64,000 nucleotides of DNA from Alphaproteobacteria bacterium (GTDB taxonomy: Bacteria > Pseudomonadota > Alphaproteobacteria > CALKHQ01), in the NCBI GenBank assembly GCA_965227515.1, contig CBDDFZ010000002.1, forward strand, positions 1,152,001 to 1,216,000, in the 5' to 3' direction. The stretch's first letter is position 1; every line of letters begins with the position of its first letter. Below are positions 32,356-42,200 of this stretch, in pieces. Under the pieces are notes generated by a model. That model was not told where the DNA came from, ran no database searches, and was given only the letters and a program-made list of their open reading frames with translations. The position numbers were made by a program, and so were the translations under genes.

Positions 32356-33327
32356 ATGTCCAAGACCCATCACGCGCCGATGCTGATCATCGGCTCCGGC
32401 CCGGCCGGCTACACGGCCGCCATCTATGGCGCGCGCGCCAATTTGCGCCCGGTCATGATCCAGGGGCTGCAGCCGGGCGGGCAGCTCACCATCACCACCG
32501 ACGTTGAGAACTATCCGGGCTTTGCCGACGTGATCCAGGGGCCGTGGCTGATGGAGCAGATGGCGGCCCAGGCCAAGCACGTCGGCACCGAGATGATCGC
32601 CGACACCATCGTCGATGTGGACCTGAATGTGCGCCCGTTCCGCGCGGTGGGCGACAGTGGCGACATCTACACCGGCGACACCCTGGTCATCTGCACAGGC
32701 GCGCAGGCGCGCTGGCTGGGCCTGGAGAGCGAGAAGACCTTCCAGGGCTATGGCGTGTCGGCCTGCGCCACCTGCGACGGCTTCTTCTTCCGCAACAAGG
32801 CCGTGGCGGTGATCGGCGGCGGCAACACGGCGGTGGAGGAGGCGCTGTACCTCACCAACCACGCCGCCAAGGTGACGCTGATCCACCGCCGCGACGAGTT
32901 GCGATCGGAAAAGATCCTGCAGGACCGCCTGTTCGCCAACGACAAGATCGAGGTGCTGTGGGACTCGGTGCTGGAGGAGGTGACCGGCGAAGAGGGGCCG
33001 ATGCCCTATGTCACCGGCATCAAGGTGCGCAACGTCAAGACCGACGCGGTGAGCGACCTCGCCGTCGACGGTGTGTTCGTCGCCATCGGCCACGACCCGG
33101 CGACAGCGCTGTTCAAGGGCAAGCTAGACATGGATGAGGGCGGCTATATCCTGACCGCGCCGGACAGCACGGCAACCTCGATTCCCGGCGTGTTCGCGGC
33201 CGGCGACGTGACCGACCACATCTATCGCCAAGCGGTGACGGCGGCCGGCATGGGGTGCATGGCCGCGCTGGAGGCGGAGAAGTACATCGCCGCTCTGCCG
33301 CGCGACGTGCAGGACGCGGCGGAGTAG
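32356..33327 (+). CDS. trxB: Thioredoxin reductase
   Basis: [44 protein letters not shown]. Confidence 0.97.
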   Translation: MSKTHHAPMLIIGSGPAGYTAAIYGARANLRPVMIQGLQPGGQLTITTDVENYPGFADVIQGPWLMEQMAAQAKHVGTEMIADTIVDVDLNVRPFRAVGDSGDIYTGDTLVICTGAQARWLGLESEKTFQGYGVSACATCDGFFFRNKAVAVIGGGNTAVEEALYLTNHAAKVTLIHRRDELRSEKILQDRLFANDKIEVLWDSVLEEVTGEEGPMPYVTGIKVRNVKTDAVSDLAVDGVFVAIGHDPATALFKGKLDMDEGGYILTAPDSTATSIPGVFAAGDVTDHIYRQAVTAAGMGCMAALEAEKYIAALPRDVQDAAE

Positions 33328-33592
33328 CTTTCTAAGGCACATCGGGCGCGGCGTCCGTCGCGCGCGTCATTATCTCTTGTGCAGTGCAACAAACTCACTA
33401 TGTTGCAATGCAACATTGAATGATCGGCCGGATTTCACGGTCGCCACGTACGCGAGCCCAGCATCGTAAGTCGGTGCGGGCACCAGGGGAAAAGGGGGAG
33501 GTTCGGGCGTCGCCGTGTTGACGGTGGCGGAGCATGTTATTGTCGGCGGCGAATTGCGTTGCCGGCCAGGAATCGAGACCGCTGCCATGATC

Positions 33593-34483
33593 ATGGATTG
33601 GGATAAGCTCAGAGTCTTTCACGCGGTCGCGGAGGCGGGCAGCTTCACCCGTGCCGGCGAGCAGCTCAAGCTCAGCCAGTCGGCGGTCAGCCGCCAGATT
33701 TCCGGCCTGGAAGACAGCCTGAACATTTCTCTGTTCCGCCGCCACGCCCGCGGGCTGGCGATGACCGAGCAGGGCGAGCGCCTGTACCGCACGGTGCATG
33801 AGGTCTTCGCCAAGCTGGCCGCGACCGAGCGCGCGCTGACCGACAGCAAGATGGAGCCGGTGGGTCACCTGCGCATCGCCACCACGGTGGCGCTGTCCAC
33901 CACGTGGCTGGCGCCGCGCATCATCGAGTTCCTGGACCGCTATCCCGACCTGCGCGTCACCGTGATCGCCGACGACGGCGATGTCGACCTTGGCATGGGC
34001 GAGGCGGACTGCGCCGTGCGCCTGGGCGCGCCGACCCAGTCCGACCTGATCCAGCGCCGGCTGATGACCGTGCACACCCACGTCTATGCGTCTGAGGGCT
34101 ATCTGTCGCGCTGGGGGATGCCGCAACGGGCCGAGGACCTGGACGAGCACCGGCTGATCAGCTTCGGGCTGATGCGCAAGATCCCGGTGCCGTCGATCAA
34201 CTGGCTGCTGACCGCCGGTGCGCCGCACGGCGCGCCGCGCACTCCGGTGCTGGAGGTCAACAACATCTATGCCATGTACCGGGCGGTGCGCAGCGGCGTC
34301 GGCATCGCGGCGCTGCCCGACTATCTGGTGCAGGACCCGCACGGCCTCGTGCGCATCCTGCCGGACATCGGCGCGCCGGAGTTCGAGGCCTACTTCGTCT
34401 ACCCGGCGGAGTTGCGCAACTCGGCCCGCATCCAGGTGTTCCGCGACTTCCTGCTGACCCAGATCTCGGTCACGGCGTTCTGA
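33593..34483 (+). CDS. LysR-family regulator (LsrB/VtlR-like by sequence start and trxB synteny)
   Basis: MDWDKLRVFHAVAEAGSFT.AG..L.LSQSAVSRQI..LE...LF.RHARGL. Confidence 0.92.
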   Translation: MDWDKLRVFHAVAEAGSFTRAGEQLKLSQSAVSRQISGLEDSLNISLFRRHARGLAMTEQGERLYRTVHEVFAKLAATERALTDSKMEPVGHLRIATTVALSTTWLAPRIIEFLDRYPDLRVTVIADDGDVDLGMGEADCAVRLGAPTQSDLIQRRLMTVHTHVYASEGYLSRWGMPQRAEDLDEHRLISFGLMRKIPVPSINWLLTAGAPHGAPRTPVLEVNNIYAMYRAVRSGVGIAALPDYLVQDPHGLVRILPDIGAPEFEAYFVYPAELRNSARIQVFRDFLLTQISVTAF

Positions 34484-34606
34484 GCCCCGGGCTGGGGGCG
34501 AAATTCGCTCCTTGCCGCACTCTCACCCAGATTTCGCCACCTGCCGTACTATATGGCAGACTTGGATCGTGCCGGTTTGGCCGGCTTGGACGGGAAAGGT
34601 TGCGCA

Positions 34607-34816
34607 ATGGCTCTCGAGAACATCGCCCTGGTCTGCGTGCTGGTGCTCGCCGGCATCTGGGTGGTCGTCATGCTGGCCACGTCGATCGCGATGTTTCCGT
34701 TCGGCTTGCCGATCCTGGGCGTGATCCTGATCGTCGGCTTCTTCTTCTACCGCGTCGTGGTCGACCGGCTGAGGAACAAGGAAGACGACTACTACGAGAA
34801 GAACGTCAAGCAGTAA
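34607..34816 (+). CDS. Small two-TM membrane protein
   Basis: Two hydrophobic helices and a charged tail RLRNKEDDYYEK; AAAGG RBS. Confidence 0.7.
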   Translation: MALENIALVCVLVLAGIWVVVMLATSIAMFPFGLPILGVILIVGFFFYRVVVDRLRNKEDDYYEKNVKQ

Positions 34817-34852
34817 GCGCCGAATTCCCCGCCGATATCCAAGGAGCCGACG

Positions 34853-35170
34853 ATGCTGGTAGCCACGACCGACAGCCTGCCGGGACACGAGATCACCGAG
34901 GTGCTGGGGGTTGCCCGGGGCAACGTCATCCGCGCCAAGCACATCGGGTCCGATATCATTGCCGGCCTGCGCAACATCGTCGGCGGCGAGGTCAGCGAAT
35001 ACACCAAGCTGATGGCCGAGGCGCGCGAGCAGGCCTATGACCGCATGGTCGCCAATGCCCAGCAGATGGGCGCCGATGCCGTGATCGGCATGCGCTTCGG
35101 CACCTCCATGGTGGTCTCCGGCGCCGCCGAGATCCTGGCGTTCGGCACCGCGGTCAAGCTCGCGAAGTAG
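34853..35170 (+). CDS. YbjQ/UPF0145 family protein
   Basis: GLRNIVGGE..EYT, AREQA..RM, GADAVIGMRF, GTAV. Confidence 0.92.
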   Translation: MLVATTDSLPGHEITEVLGVARGNVIRAKHIGSDIIAGLRNIVGGEVSEYTKLMAEAREQAYDRMVANAQQMGADAVIGMRFGTSMVVSGAAEILAFGTAVKLAK

Positions 35171-35182
35171 CAAAAAAAATTC

Positions 35183-35357
35183 GACGCCCTCGGCCTTGTG
35201 CCGAGGGCCTATTTATGGCCTTGCTCCAAGGGGTTGCCGAAAAATCGCGTTCTCTGACGGTTGGTCAAACGTGATCGTAGCGTCCTCTGGAAAGCCATTG
35301 CCGACCCGTATCACGCGTGGCATTGCCATGGGTCCTCGCCACGAGGGCGAGGACGAC
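35183..35357. repeat. Palindromic repeat family B, copy 5
   Basis: GACGCCCTCGGCCTTGTGCCGAGGGCCTAT ... ATGGGTCCTCGCCACGAGGGCGAGGACGAC. Confidence 0.83.
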
Positions 35358-35385
35358 AATGGAGTGGTGGGGAAGATGGCGCCGC

Positions 35386-36117
35386 TTACCGCACCTCGAC
35401 CGACAGGTCGCCAATGGCGTCGATGTGCCCCTCCAGGCGATCGCCGCGCTGAACCGGCCCCACGCCGGAGGGCGTGCCGGTGAAGATCAGGTCGCCGGCG
35501 GCCAGCGTGAACAGGCGCGACAGGTGGGCGATCATCTCCGGCACCTTCCAGACCAACTGGTTCAGGTCGCCGCGCTGGCGCTCCTCCCCGTTCACCTTCA
35601 GCCAGATCGCACCCGCTTGCGGGTGGCCGATTTCGGCCGCCGGACGGACGGCCGAGACCGGGGCCGCGCGCTCGAACGCCTTCGAGACCTCCCACGGTCG
35701 CCCACGCTTCTTCGCCTCGCCCTGCAGGTCGCGCCGCGTCATGTCGAGACCGACGGCATAGCCGTAGACGTAGTCGAGCGCCGACGCCTCGTCGATATCG
35801 GTGCCGCCGCGCCCCAGCGCCACCACCAGCTCGATCTCGTGGTGCACGTCCGAAGACGCGACCGGGTAGGGGAACACGCCGTCGGTGACCAGGCTGTCCG
35901 GGTTCTTCTGGAAGAAGAACGGCTCCTCGCGGTCCGGGTCGTAACCCATCTCCACCGCGTGCGCCGCGTAGTTGCGGCCGACGCAATAGAGCCGGCGCAC
36001 TGGCAACCTGGCCGATGTGCCGTGGACCGGCAGCGCGACCGCTGGCGTGGCCGGGAAAACGAGATCGTTGGCGGTGGTCTCAGCCGGGGCGCCGGCCGGT
36101 CCGGAAGAAGGCGTCAT
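35386..36117 (-). CDS. Fumarylacetoacetate hydrolase family protein
   Basis: YCVGRNYAAH, HHEIELVV, DMTRRDLQ, GDLIFTGTP.GVG. Confidence 0.92.
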   Translation of the reverse strand: MTPSSGPAGAPAETTANDLVFPATPAVALPVHGTSARLPVRRLYCVGRNYAAHAVEMGYDPDREEPFFFQKNPDSLVTDGVFPYPVASSDVHHEIELVVALGRGGTDIDEASALDYVYGYAVGLDMTRRDLQGEAKKRGRPWEVSKAFERAAPVSAVRPAAEIGHPQAGAIWLKVNGEERQRGDLNQLVWKVPEMIAHLSRLFTLAAGDLIFTGTPSGVGPVQRGDRLEGHIDAIGDLSVEVR

Positions 36118-36175
36118 GCGGGACTAGCTCCTGGAATTGCGACGGCCGCATCGTGGCCCAACGGAGGCTGGGACG

Positions 36176-37594
36176 CTAGCCCCCGTACAGATGCACCCGG
36201 GCGTCGTCGGGGCGATAGGCCGGGTCGTCCCAGGCCAGCATCTTGCCGGGGTTGAGCAAGCCGAACGGGTCGGCCTCGCGCTTGAAGGCCAGTTGCTCCT
36301 CGTCGACCTTCTTCATACCGCCACCCTCCAGCGTGTAATCGTGCGGGTTGAAGATCGGGGCGCCGTGGTCCTCGTGATAGGCGATGATCTCGGCCAGCCG
36401 TTCGTCGGTGGTGTAGCGCACGATCGGCAGCCCGAAACAGGCCACCTGACCGCCAAAATGCACGAACTCCAGGTGCGCCGGCACCTCGCAGCCGAAATGG
36501 TTGTGCATGTGCTCGACCAGGGCGAGATGGTCCGGCGGCGGAAACAGGATCTGCAGGTAGGTGATGGACTTGTCGACCTTCAGCGCCTGCAAGGTGGTGT
36601 GGTTCCAGGCGTATTCGTACAGCGGCACCGCGCCTGCGGCTTCGGCCTCTGCTGCCGTCGCGCGGTAGCACGTGGTGCCGCCCCAGTCCGCCACCAGCGC
36701 GTCAAAGGGGCCGAGCGCGTGGTCGGCGACCATCGTCAGCACGATGGCGTGGCCGGCGGGCAGCACGTCGTTCAGGCCCTTGAAATAGTCCTGGCCGATG
36801 GGGGACGCGATCACCGTGATCAGCTTCTTGACGATGCCAGGCGCCTCACCCAGCGCCTGGGCGAACCGGCATGCGGTCATGAAGTCGGGGAACGTCACCA
36901 CGCTGTCGACCCAGGTTTGCGCCGGCGCGGTCGCGACCGTCACCTCGGTGATGATGCCGTTGGTGCCATAGGCGTGGTTGACCCGCTGCACCGCGTCGCC
37001 TTCCAGCGTCAGCACACGCGGGGTTTCTTCCAGGGTCACCACCCGCGCGCCCAGCACGTTGCCCCGGTCGCGCAGGATGCCGTAGGTGATGGAGCCGACA
37101 CCCGAAGAGCCGCCGGCAACGTATCCGCCGATGGACGCGGTGCGCCGGGTGGAGGGGTAGAAGCGCATCTCCCAACCCTGCGGCTTCAACGCGTTGTCCA
37201 GGTCCAGCAGCTTGACGCCGGGGCCCAGCCGCACGGCACCGGGCCTGATCTCGTGGATCTGGTTCAGGCCCATCATCTCCAGCACGATGCCGCCGGCCAG
37301 CGGCACCGCCTGGCCGTAATTGCCGGTGCCCGCCCCGCGTACGGTGACCGGCAGGCGGCGGCGCACCGCGACTTCCGCCACCTTCAGCACGTCGGCCTCG
37401 TTGCGCGGACGGACCACGATGTCGCCATAGGTGCGCTTGAGTTGCTTGTTCAGCACGGGGCTGTACCAGAAGAAGTCGCGGCTCTTCTGCTTCACAAGCG
37501 CAGGCTCGTCGATCACCGGCACGCCGTCGAGTTCTGCGGCAACCGCAGTCCAGTCGACATCGGCAGTGGCAAATTTCTCGCGCAGATCGCTCAT
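36176..37594 (-). CDS. FAD-binding oxidoreductase (VAO/GlcD family)
   Basis: SRDFFWYSP, RGAGTGNYGQ, PST.RTAS.GG, HAYGTNGII, DP.GLLNPGK. Confidence 0.9.
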   Translation of the reverse strand: MSDLREKFATADVDWTAVAAELDGVPVIDEPALVKQKSRDFFWYSPVLNKQLKRTYGDIVVRPRNEADVLKVAEVAVRRRLPVTVRGAGTGNYGQAVPLAGGIVLEMMGLNQIHEIRPGAVRLGPGVKLLDLDNALKPQGWEMRFYPSTRRTASIGGYVAGGSSGVGSITYGILRDRGNVLGARVVTLEETPRVLTLEGDAVQRVNHAYGTNGIITEVTVATAPAQTWVDSVVTFPDFMTACRFAQALGEAPGIVKKLITVIASPIGQDYFKGLNDVLPAGHAIVLTMVADHALGPFDALVADWGGTTCYRATAAEAEAAGAVPLYEYAWNHTTLQALKVDKSITYLQILFPPPDHLALVEHMHNHFGCEVPAHLEFVHFGGQVACFGLPIVRYTTDERLAEIIAYHEDHGAPIFNPHDYTLEGGGMKKVDEEQLAFKREADPFGLLNPGKMLAWDDPAYRPDDARVHLYGG

Positions 37595-37639
37595 GCTTCG
37601 CATCCTAGTTGGTCTTGCGATGAGACAAGCTCATCGCTC

Positions 37640-37717
37640 GCGTCGGCCCACTCCCCCACCCAACCGCCCGACAACAGTATGATGCGGGGCGGTTGGGTGG
37701 GGGTGCGGGCTGGTGCC
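37640..37717. repeat. Palindromic repeat family A, copy 3
   Basis: GGCCCACTCCCCCACCCAACCGCCC...GGGCGGTTGGGTGGGGGTGCGGGCTGGTGC. Confidence 0.82.
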
Positions 37718-37731
37718 GACTTCATCAATGC

Positions 37732-39096
37732 TCACGATGAGTGAGCATTGAAAAGATGATCCAAGGCGCGATAGTCGGGAAGGCGGCGCTCGATGGCGCG
37801 GCCGTCGCGCAGCACCACGCGGTCGGCCTGTGGCCGCGACAGCAACTCGGCATAGCTGCGGGCGGCGAAGACCACAAGGTCGGCGGGCAGGCCCGCGGCG
37901 ATGCGGCCGCGCTCGGCAAGCCCCATCAGTTGAGCCGGTGTGGCGGTGACCGCGCGCGGCCAGGCGCCCACCGGGCGGTCGAGGTGGCAGATGCGTGCTG
38001 CCTGGGTGAACACCTCCAGTCCGTCCAGGTCGCCATAGCCGTAAAACGGATCGCGGCAGTTGTCGCTGGCCAGCGCCACCGGCGTGCCCTGGGCGGCCAG
38101 CTCATGCACCAGTGTCGGGCCGCGCCAGTGCGGCGAACGGCCGGGCGTGCGGTCCTGAAGATAAAGGTTGCACATCGGCAGGCTGACGACGCCAAGGCCG
38201 GCGTCGGCGACCAGCTTCATCGTGCGCTCGATGACCGGCTGCGGCTGCACCGCCAGCGCGCAGCAGTGGCCACAGACGACCTGATGGCCGAAGTCGAGCC
38301 GCATCGCGGTTTCGGCCACCGTCGGCAGGGCGGAGGCACCGGGGCGACCATGCTCGTCGACGTGGAGGTCGACCGGCAGGTCGCGCTCGGCGGCGAGCCG
38401 GAACAACCGCTCGATCAGCAACGGCTCCTCATCGGTGCTGCCGTCGACCACCGCGCCCAGCACGCCGTCATGGGCGCGCACGACGTCGGCAAGGGCGGCG
38501 GCATCGGCTTCATCGGCGAAGTAGTCGATGTGGACGATGGTGACCGGCTGCAGGTCGATGCGCCTGGCCCAGGCGCGCCTGATCTCATCGAACACCTGCC
38601 ATGTCAGCCGGTCGTGCGGCGGGTAGGAGTCGAGATGGGTGCGGATGGCGACCGTACCATGGGCATAAGCGCCTTCCAGCGCGAAGTTCATCCGCGCGGC
38701 GATGTCCTCGGCGGTCCAGTTGGCATCGCGGTCGGCGCGCACGCTGTTGATCGCGCCCTCGAACGTGCCGTCGGGGTTTTCCGCCCTTGGCCAGATGTGG
38801 CCCTTGTCCAGATGGGTGTGCATGTCAACGAAGCCCGGCCAAACCTGACCGCGATCCAGCTCGACGACTGCTGCGTCCGCCGGCATTTCCGTGGCGCCGG
38901 CGGGCGCGACCGCCGCGATCCGCCCGTCAACGATGTCGATGTCGACCGTAGCGAGGCCGTCACGGTCGACCGCCGCACGGTCCGGCACCTCGTCCAGCAG
39001 GCACGAGGGCACATGCGCGTTGGCGAGCCGCAGGCGCGGCCGCGCCGGCACCTCGATCCATCGCGGCATCGCCGTGGTTGCGGGCGCGCCACCCAT
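37732..39096 (-). CDS. Cytosine deaminase-like amidohydrolase
   Basis: DMHTHLDKG, AIRTHLD, DLHVDE, GHCC, ASDN.RDPFY.YG. Confidence 0.88.
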   Translation of the reverse strand: MGGAPATTAMPRWIEVPARPRLRLANAHVPSCLLDEVPDRAAVDRDGLATVDIDIVDGRIAAVAPAGATEMPADAAVVELDRGQVWPGFVDMHTHLDKGHIWPRAENPDGTFEGAINSVRADRDANWTAEDIAARMNFALEGAYAHGTVAIRTHLDSYPPHDRLTWQVFDEIRRAWARRIDLQPVTIVHIDYFADEADAAALADVVRAHDGVLGAVVDGSTDEEPLLIERLFRLAAERDLPVDLHVDEHGRPGASALPTVAETAMRLDFGHQVVCGHCCALAVQPQPVIERTMKLVADAGLGVVSLPMCNLYLQDRTPGRSPHWRGPTLVHELAAQGTPVALASDNCRDPFYGYGDLDGLEVFTQAARICHLDRPVGAWPRAVTATPAQLMGLAERGRIAAGLPADLVVFAARSYAELLSRPQADRVVLRDGRAIERRLPDYRALDHLFNAHSS

Positions 39097-39098
39097 GC

Positions 39099-39941
39099 TC
39101 AGTTCTCGCGCTTCACCGCGCTCTCGTGCCACTTTCGCAGCAACAGGTGCGACAGCAGCGAGAACAGCAGGAACAGCACGATGCCGGTGAACGAGATCAG
39201 CACCAGGGCGGCGAACATGCGCGGGATCTTCAGGTCGAAGCCGGCGACCAGGATGCGGGTGGCAAGGCCCGGCGTGCGCCCGTAGGCGACGAACTCACCG
39301 ACGACGGCGCCGATCAGCGACAGGCCGGCGCTGATCCTGAGCGAGGCTAAGAAGTAGGGCAGCGCGCTCGGCAGCCGCAGGAACCACAGCACCTCCCACC
39401 GGTTGGCACCATGCATCTCGAACAGGTTCAAGAGCCCATGGTCGACGCTGCGCAGCCCGATCACGGTGTTGGAGAGGATCGGGAAGAAGGCGACGATCCA
39501 GGCGCAGACGATCATCGCCATGTCGAGATCGTCCAAGAGCGTGATGATCAGCGGCGCGATCGCCACCACCGGCGTCACCTGCAGCACCACCGCGTAGGGG
39601 AAGAAACCGTACTCGACCCAGGTTGAGATGTTGAAGGCGATGGCCAGCCCGACGCCGATCAGCACCGCCCAGAACAGCGCCTGCGCCGTGGTCCACAGGG
39701 TGACCAGCCAGGCCGGCCACAGGATCGACCAGTCATTAACCATGGCGGTGGCGATGGCGCTGGGCGCCGGGAAGATCGAGTTGAAGTACGCGACCTCCTC
39801 GACGTGGATTTTGTAGTAGACCAGCCCTTCCCACAGCAGCAGCACGACGATGCCGATCACGGTCGGCAACAGCCACTGAGCGGTGCGGCGGCTGATCAGC
39901 GGCCGGCGTTCGGGCGCCTGTTGCGCGGCGTCGGCGCTCAT
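39099..39941 (-). CDS. NitT/TauT-type ABC transporter permease
   Basis: P.PS, LQVTPVVAIAPL, FFPI..NT..GL, LPSALPY, GAVVGEF. Confidence 0.92.
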   Translation of the reverse strand: MSADAAQQAPERRPLISRRTAQWLLPTVIGIVVLLLWEGLVYYKIHVEEVAYFNSIFPAPSAIATAMVNDWSILWPAWLVTLWTTAQALFWAVLIGVGLAIAFNISTWVEYGFFPYAVVLQVTPVVAIAPLIITLLDDLDMAMIVCAWIVAFFPILSNTVIGLRSVDHGLLNLFEMHGANRWEVLWFLRLPSALPYFLASLRISAGLSLIGAVVGEFVAYGRTPGLATRILVAGFDLKIPRMFAALVLISFTGIVLFLLFSLLSHLLLRKWHESAVKREN

Positions 39942-40789
39942 CGCGAGGCCGGATCCGACATGTCGCCGGCCCGCATGGCGGCCGCCAGGGACTCCGAGGC
40001 GCGGCGGCAATAGTCGTTGTAGGCGCCGGACATGCGGAAGTCGTCACCGCGCGGATAGGGCGCGTCAATGGCGATTTCCTCGAACATGCGGCCGGGGCGC
40101 GCGGTCATCACCACCACACGATTGGACAGGAACACCGATTCGAATACCGAATGGGTGACGAAGATGACCGTCCACTGCTGCTGCCGCCAGAGGTCGAGCA
40201 GGTCGGCGTTGAGCTTGAAGCGGGTGATCTCGTCCAGGGCGGCGAACGGCTCGTCCATCAGCAGCACCCGCGGCCGGGTGGCGACCGCGCGGGCGATGGA
40301 GACGCGCATGCGCATGCCGCCGGACAGCGCGCGCGGATAGGCGTTCAGGAAGTCGGTCAGGCCGACCAGTTCCAGTGCGTCGTTGGCGCGCTGCCGTGCT
40401 TCCCTGGCGCCGACGCCGATAAGCCGCAGCGGGCGCTCGACATTGCCGCGCACGGTCGACCACGGCATCAGGGTCGGCTCCTGGAACACGAAGCCGATGT
40501 CGTGCCTGCCTTCCTCGTGGCTGGCGGCATGATCGGCGGACCAGGCGATGGCGCCGCCGCTGGTCTCGCCCAGGCCGGCGACCATCCGCAACAGGGTGGA
40601 CTTGCCGCAGCCCGACGGTCCCAGCAGGCTGACGAACTCGTGCTGGCCGATGGCGAGCGAGAAATCCTCGACCGCGAGCGTGCCGTTGCTGAACCGCTTG
40701 GCGACGCGGTCGAACGCGATCAGCGGCGTGGCAGATGTGGCGGCTGCTGCCGACGTGCGGTCAACTTGCGCGGTGGGTGCGCTGTTCAT
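39938..40789 (-). CDS. NitT/TauT-type ABC transporter ATPase
   Basis: GPSGCGKST, FQEP.LMPW, LSGGM, LMDEPFAALD, VTH. Confidence 0.95.
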   Translation of the reverse strand: MNSAPTAQVDRTSAAAATSATPLIAFDRVAKRFSNGTLAVEDFSLAIGQHEFVSLLGPSGCGKSTLLRMVAGLGETSGGAIAWSADHAASHEEGRHDIGFVFQEPTLMPWSTVRGNVERPLRLIGVGAREARQRANDALELVGLTDFLNAYPRALSGGMRMRVSIARAVATRPRVLLMDEPFAALDEITRFKLNADLLDLWRQQQWTVIFVTHSVFESVFLSNRVVVMTARPGRMFEEIAIDAPYPRGDDFRMSGAYNDYCRRASESLAAAMRAGDMSDPASR

Positions 40790-40877
40790 GGTCGTGCGTG
40801 GCCCGCATGCGACTGGCGCATTGGTACCTGATCGCTGTTTCCGCAACCGGTTCGCACGACATCATCAATCATTCATC

Positions 40878-40984
40878 GTCATGGCCGGGCTTGACCCGGC
40901 CATCCACGCGGTTGTTGCAATACGCAGGCGGCGACGCAGTCCGTCCTCGACTGCGTGGATGCGCGGATCGAGTCCGCGCATGAC
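40878..40984. repeat. Palindromic repeat family C, copy 2
   Basis: GTCATGGCCGGGCTTGACCCGGCCATCCACG ... CGTGGATGCGCGGATCGAGTCCGCGCATGAC. Confidence 0.86.
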
Positions 40985-40990
40985 GTGTTG

Positions 40991-42022
40991 TTATTCGCCG
41001 AACGGAATGTCGAGGCCATGCTCCTCGGCAAGCGCCTTCAGGCGTTCCAGGTCGTTGACGAACTGGGTCGTGTAGGCGGCGGCAAATTCCAGTTCCGAGG
41101 CGTACTGACCGACCTGCACCGATGCCTCGAAGAAGTCGCCCCAGCGCGCATCGGTCATGGCGCCGATGCCAAGCCCCAGCGTGTCGCCGCTGTCGACGAT
41201 GCCGTACTCCTTCATACTGGCGATGGAGAACGCGATCTGCTCGTCGGTCATGTCGGGATTGTCGGCCTGGATCGCTGCGTTGCCCGGTGCCGGATCGCCG
41301 TAAAGATAGCTGTACCAGCCGAGGATGGAGGCATCGACGAAGCGCTGCACAAGGTCGGCATTGTCGTCCACCAGCGCCTGCGACGTGGTGATCAGCGTCG
41401 AGTACGGGGTGTAGCCGTAGTCGGCGAGCAGGTAGACGTCCGGGTCGCCGCCCTGCTGTTCCAGCGCGTAGGGCTCGCTGGTCAAGTAGCCCTGCATGAC
41501 GATGGTGTCGTCGGCCAGAAAAGGCGCCGGCGAGAAATTGTAGGGGCCGACCTGACTGTCCTCGAAGCCGTACAGGGCCTGCATGAACGGCCAGTAGGAG
41601 GTGCGCGCATCGGCGGAGATCAGGATCTGCGAGGCGCCCTTCAGGTCCTCGATGGTCGACCAGCCCTGGCTCTCATGGGCGATCCAGACCTGCGGGTCCT
41701 TCTGGAAGATGGCGGCGACCGACAGGAACGGCAGCCCCTCGACCACGAAGTTGTGCGACTCCGAATTGTTGGAGCCCATCAGGAAGTCGATGTTGCCGGC
41801 GACCAGAAGCTGGCGGTGGTTGATCTGCGGCCCGCCGGGGCGGATGTCGACCTCAAGACCGAATGCCTCGTAGATGCCGGTGGCCGCGGCTTGGTAGTAG
41901 CCGCCGTGCTCGGCCTGGGCGACCCAGTTGGTGCCGAAGCTCACCTGGTCCTGCGCCCAGGCGGTGTTGCCCGTCGCCGCGAGTGCGGCAATCGCTGTCG
42001 TGCCCGCCCAAATCAGTCTCAT
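40991..42022 (-). CDS. NMT1/THI5-like ABC substrate-binding protein
   Basis: Signal peptide; GTNWVAQAEHGGYYQA, PGGPQ.N, FQKDPQ, QGYLTSEP. Confidence 0.9.
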   Translation of the reverse strand: MRLIWAGTTAIAALAATGNTAWAQDQVSFGTNWVAQAEHGGYYQAAATGIYEAFGLEVDIRPGGPQINHRQLLVAGNIDFLMGSNNSESHNFVVEGLPFLSVAAIFQKDPQVWIAHESQGWSTIEDLKGASQILISADARTSYWPFMQALYGFEDSQVGPYNFSPAPFLADDTIVMQGYLTSEPYALEQQGGDPDVYLLADYGYTPYSTLITTSQALVDDNADLVQRFVDASILGWYSYLYGDPAPGNAAIQADNPDMTDEQIAFSIASMKEYGIVDSGDTLGLGIGAMTDARWGDFFEASVQVGQYASELEFAAAYTTQFVNDLERLKALAEEHGLDIPFGE

Positions 42023-42200
42023 CGGTATCTCTCCCCTGCTCGCTTTGCATGCACTGGCGGCGGATGCCGGTCGTGCCGAATTGGTTCCGGGCCGCGCCAA
42101 ACCCGTCGGCTGGCCCGCAGCTTGGTCCTCGGGCGCACCATGGCGTAACCGCCGGCCTGTGTACAGCCGCCCAACTGGCCAAACCGCGGTTGGCCGTGGC

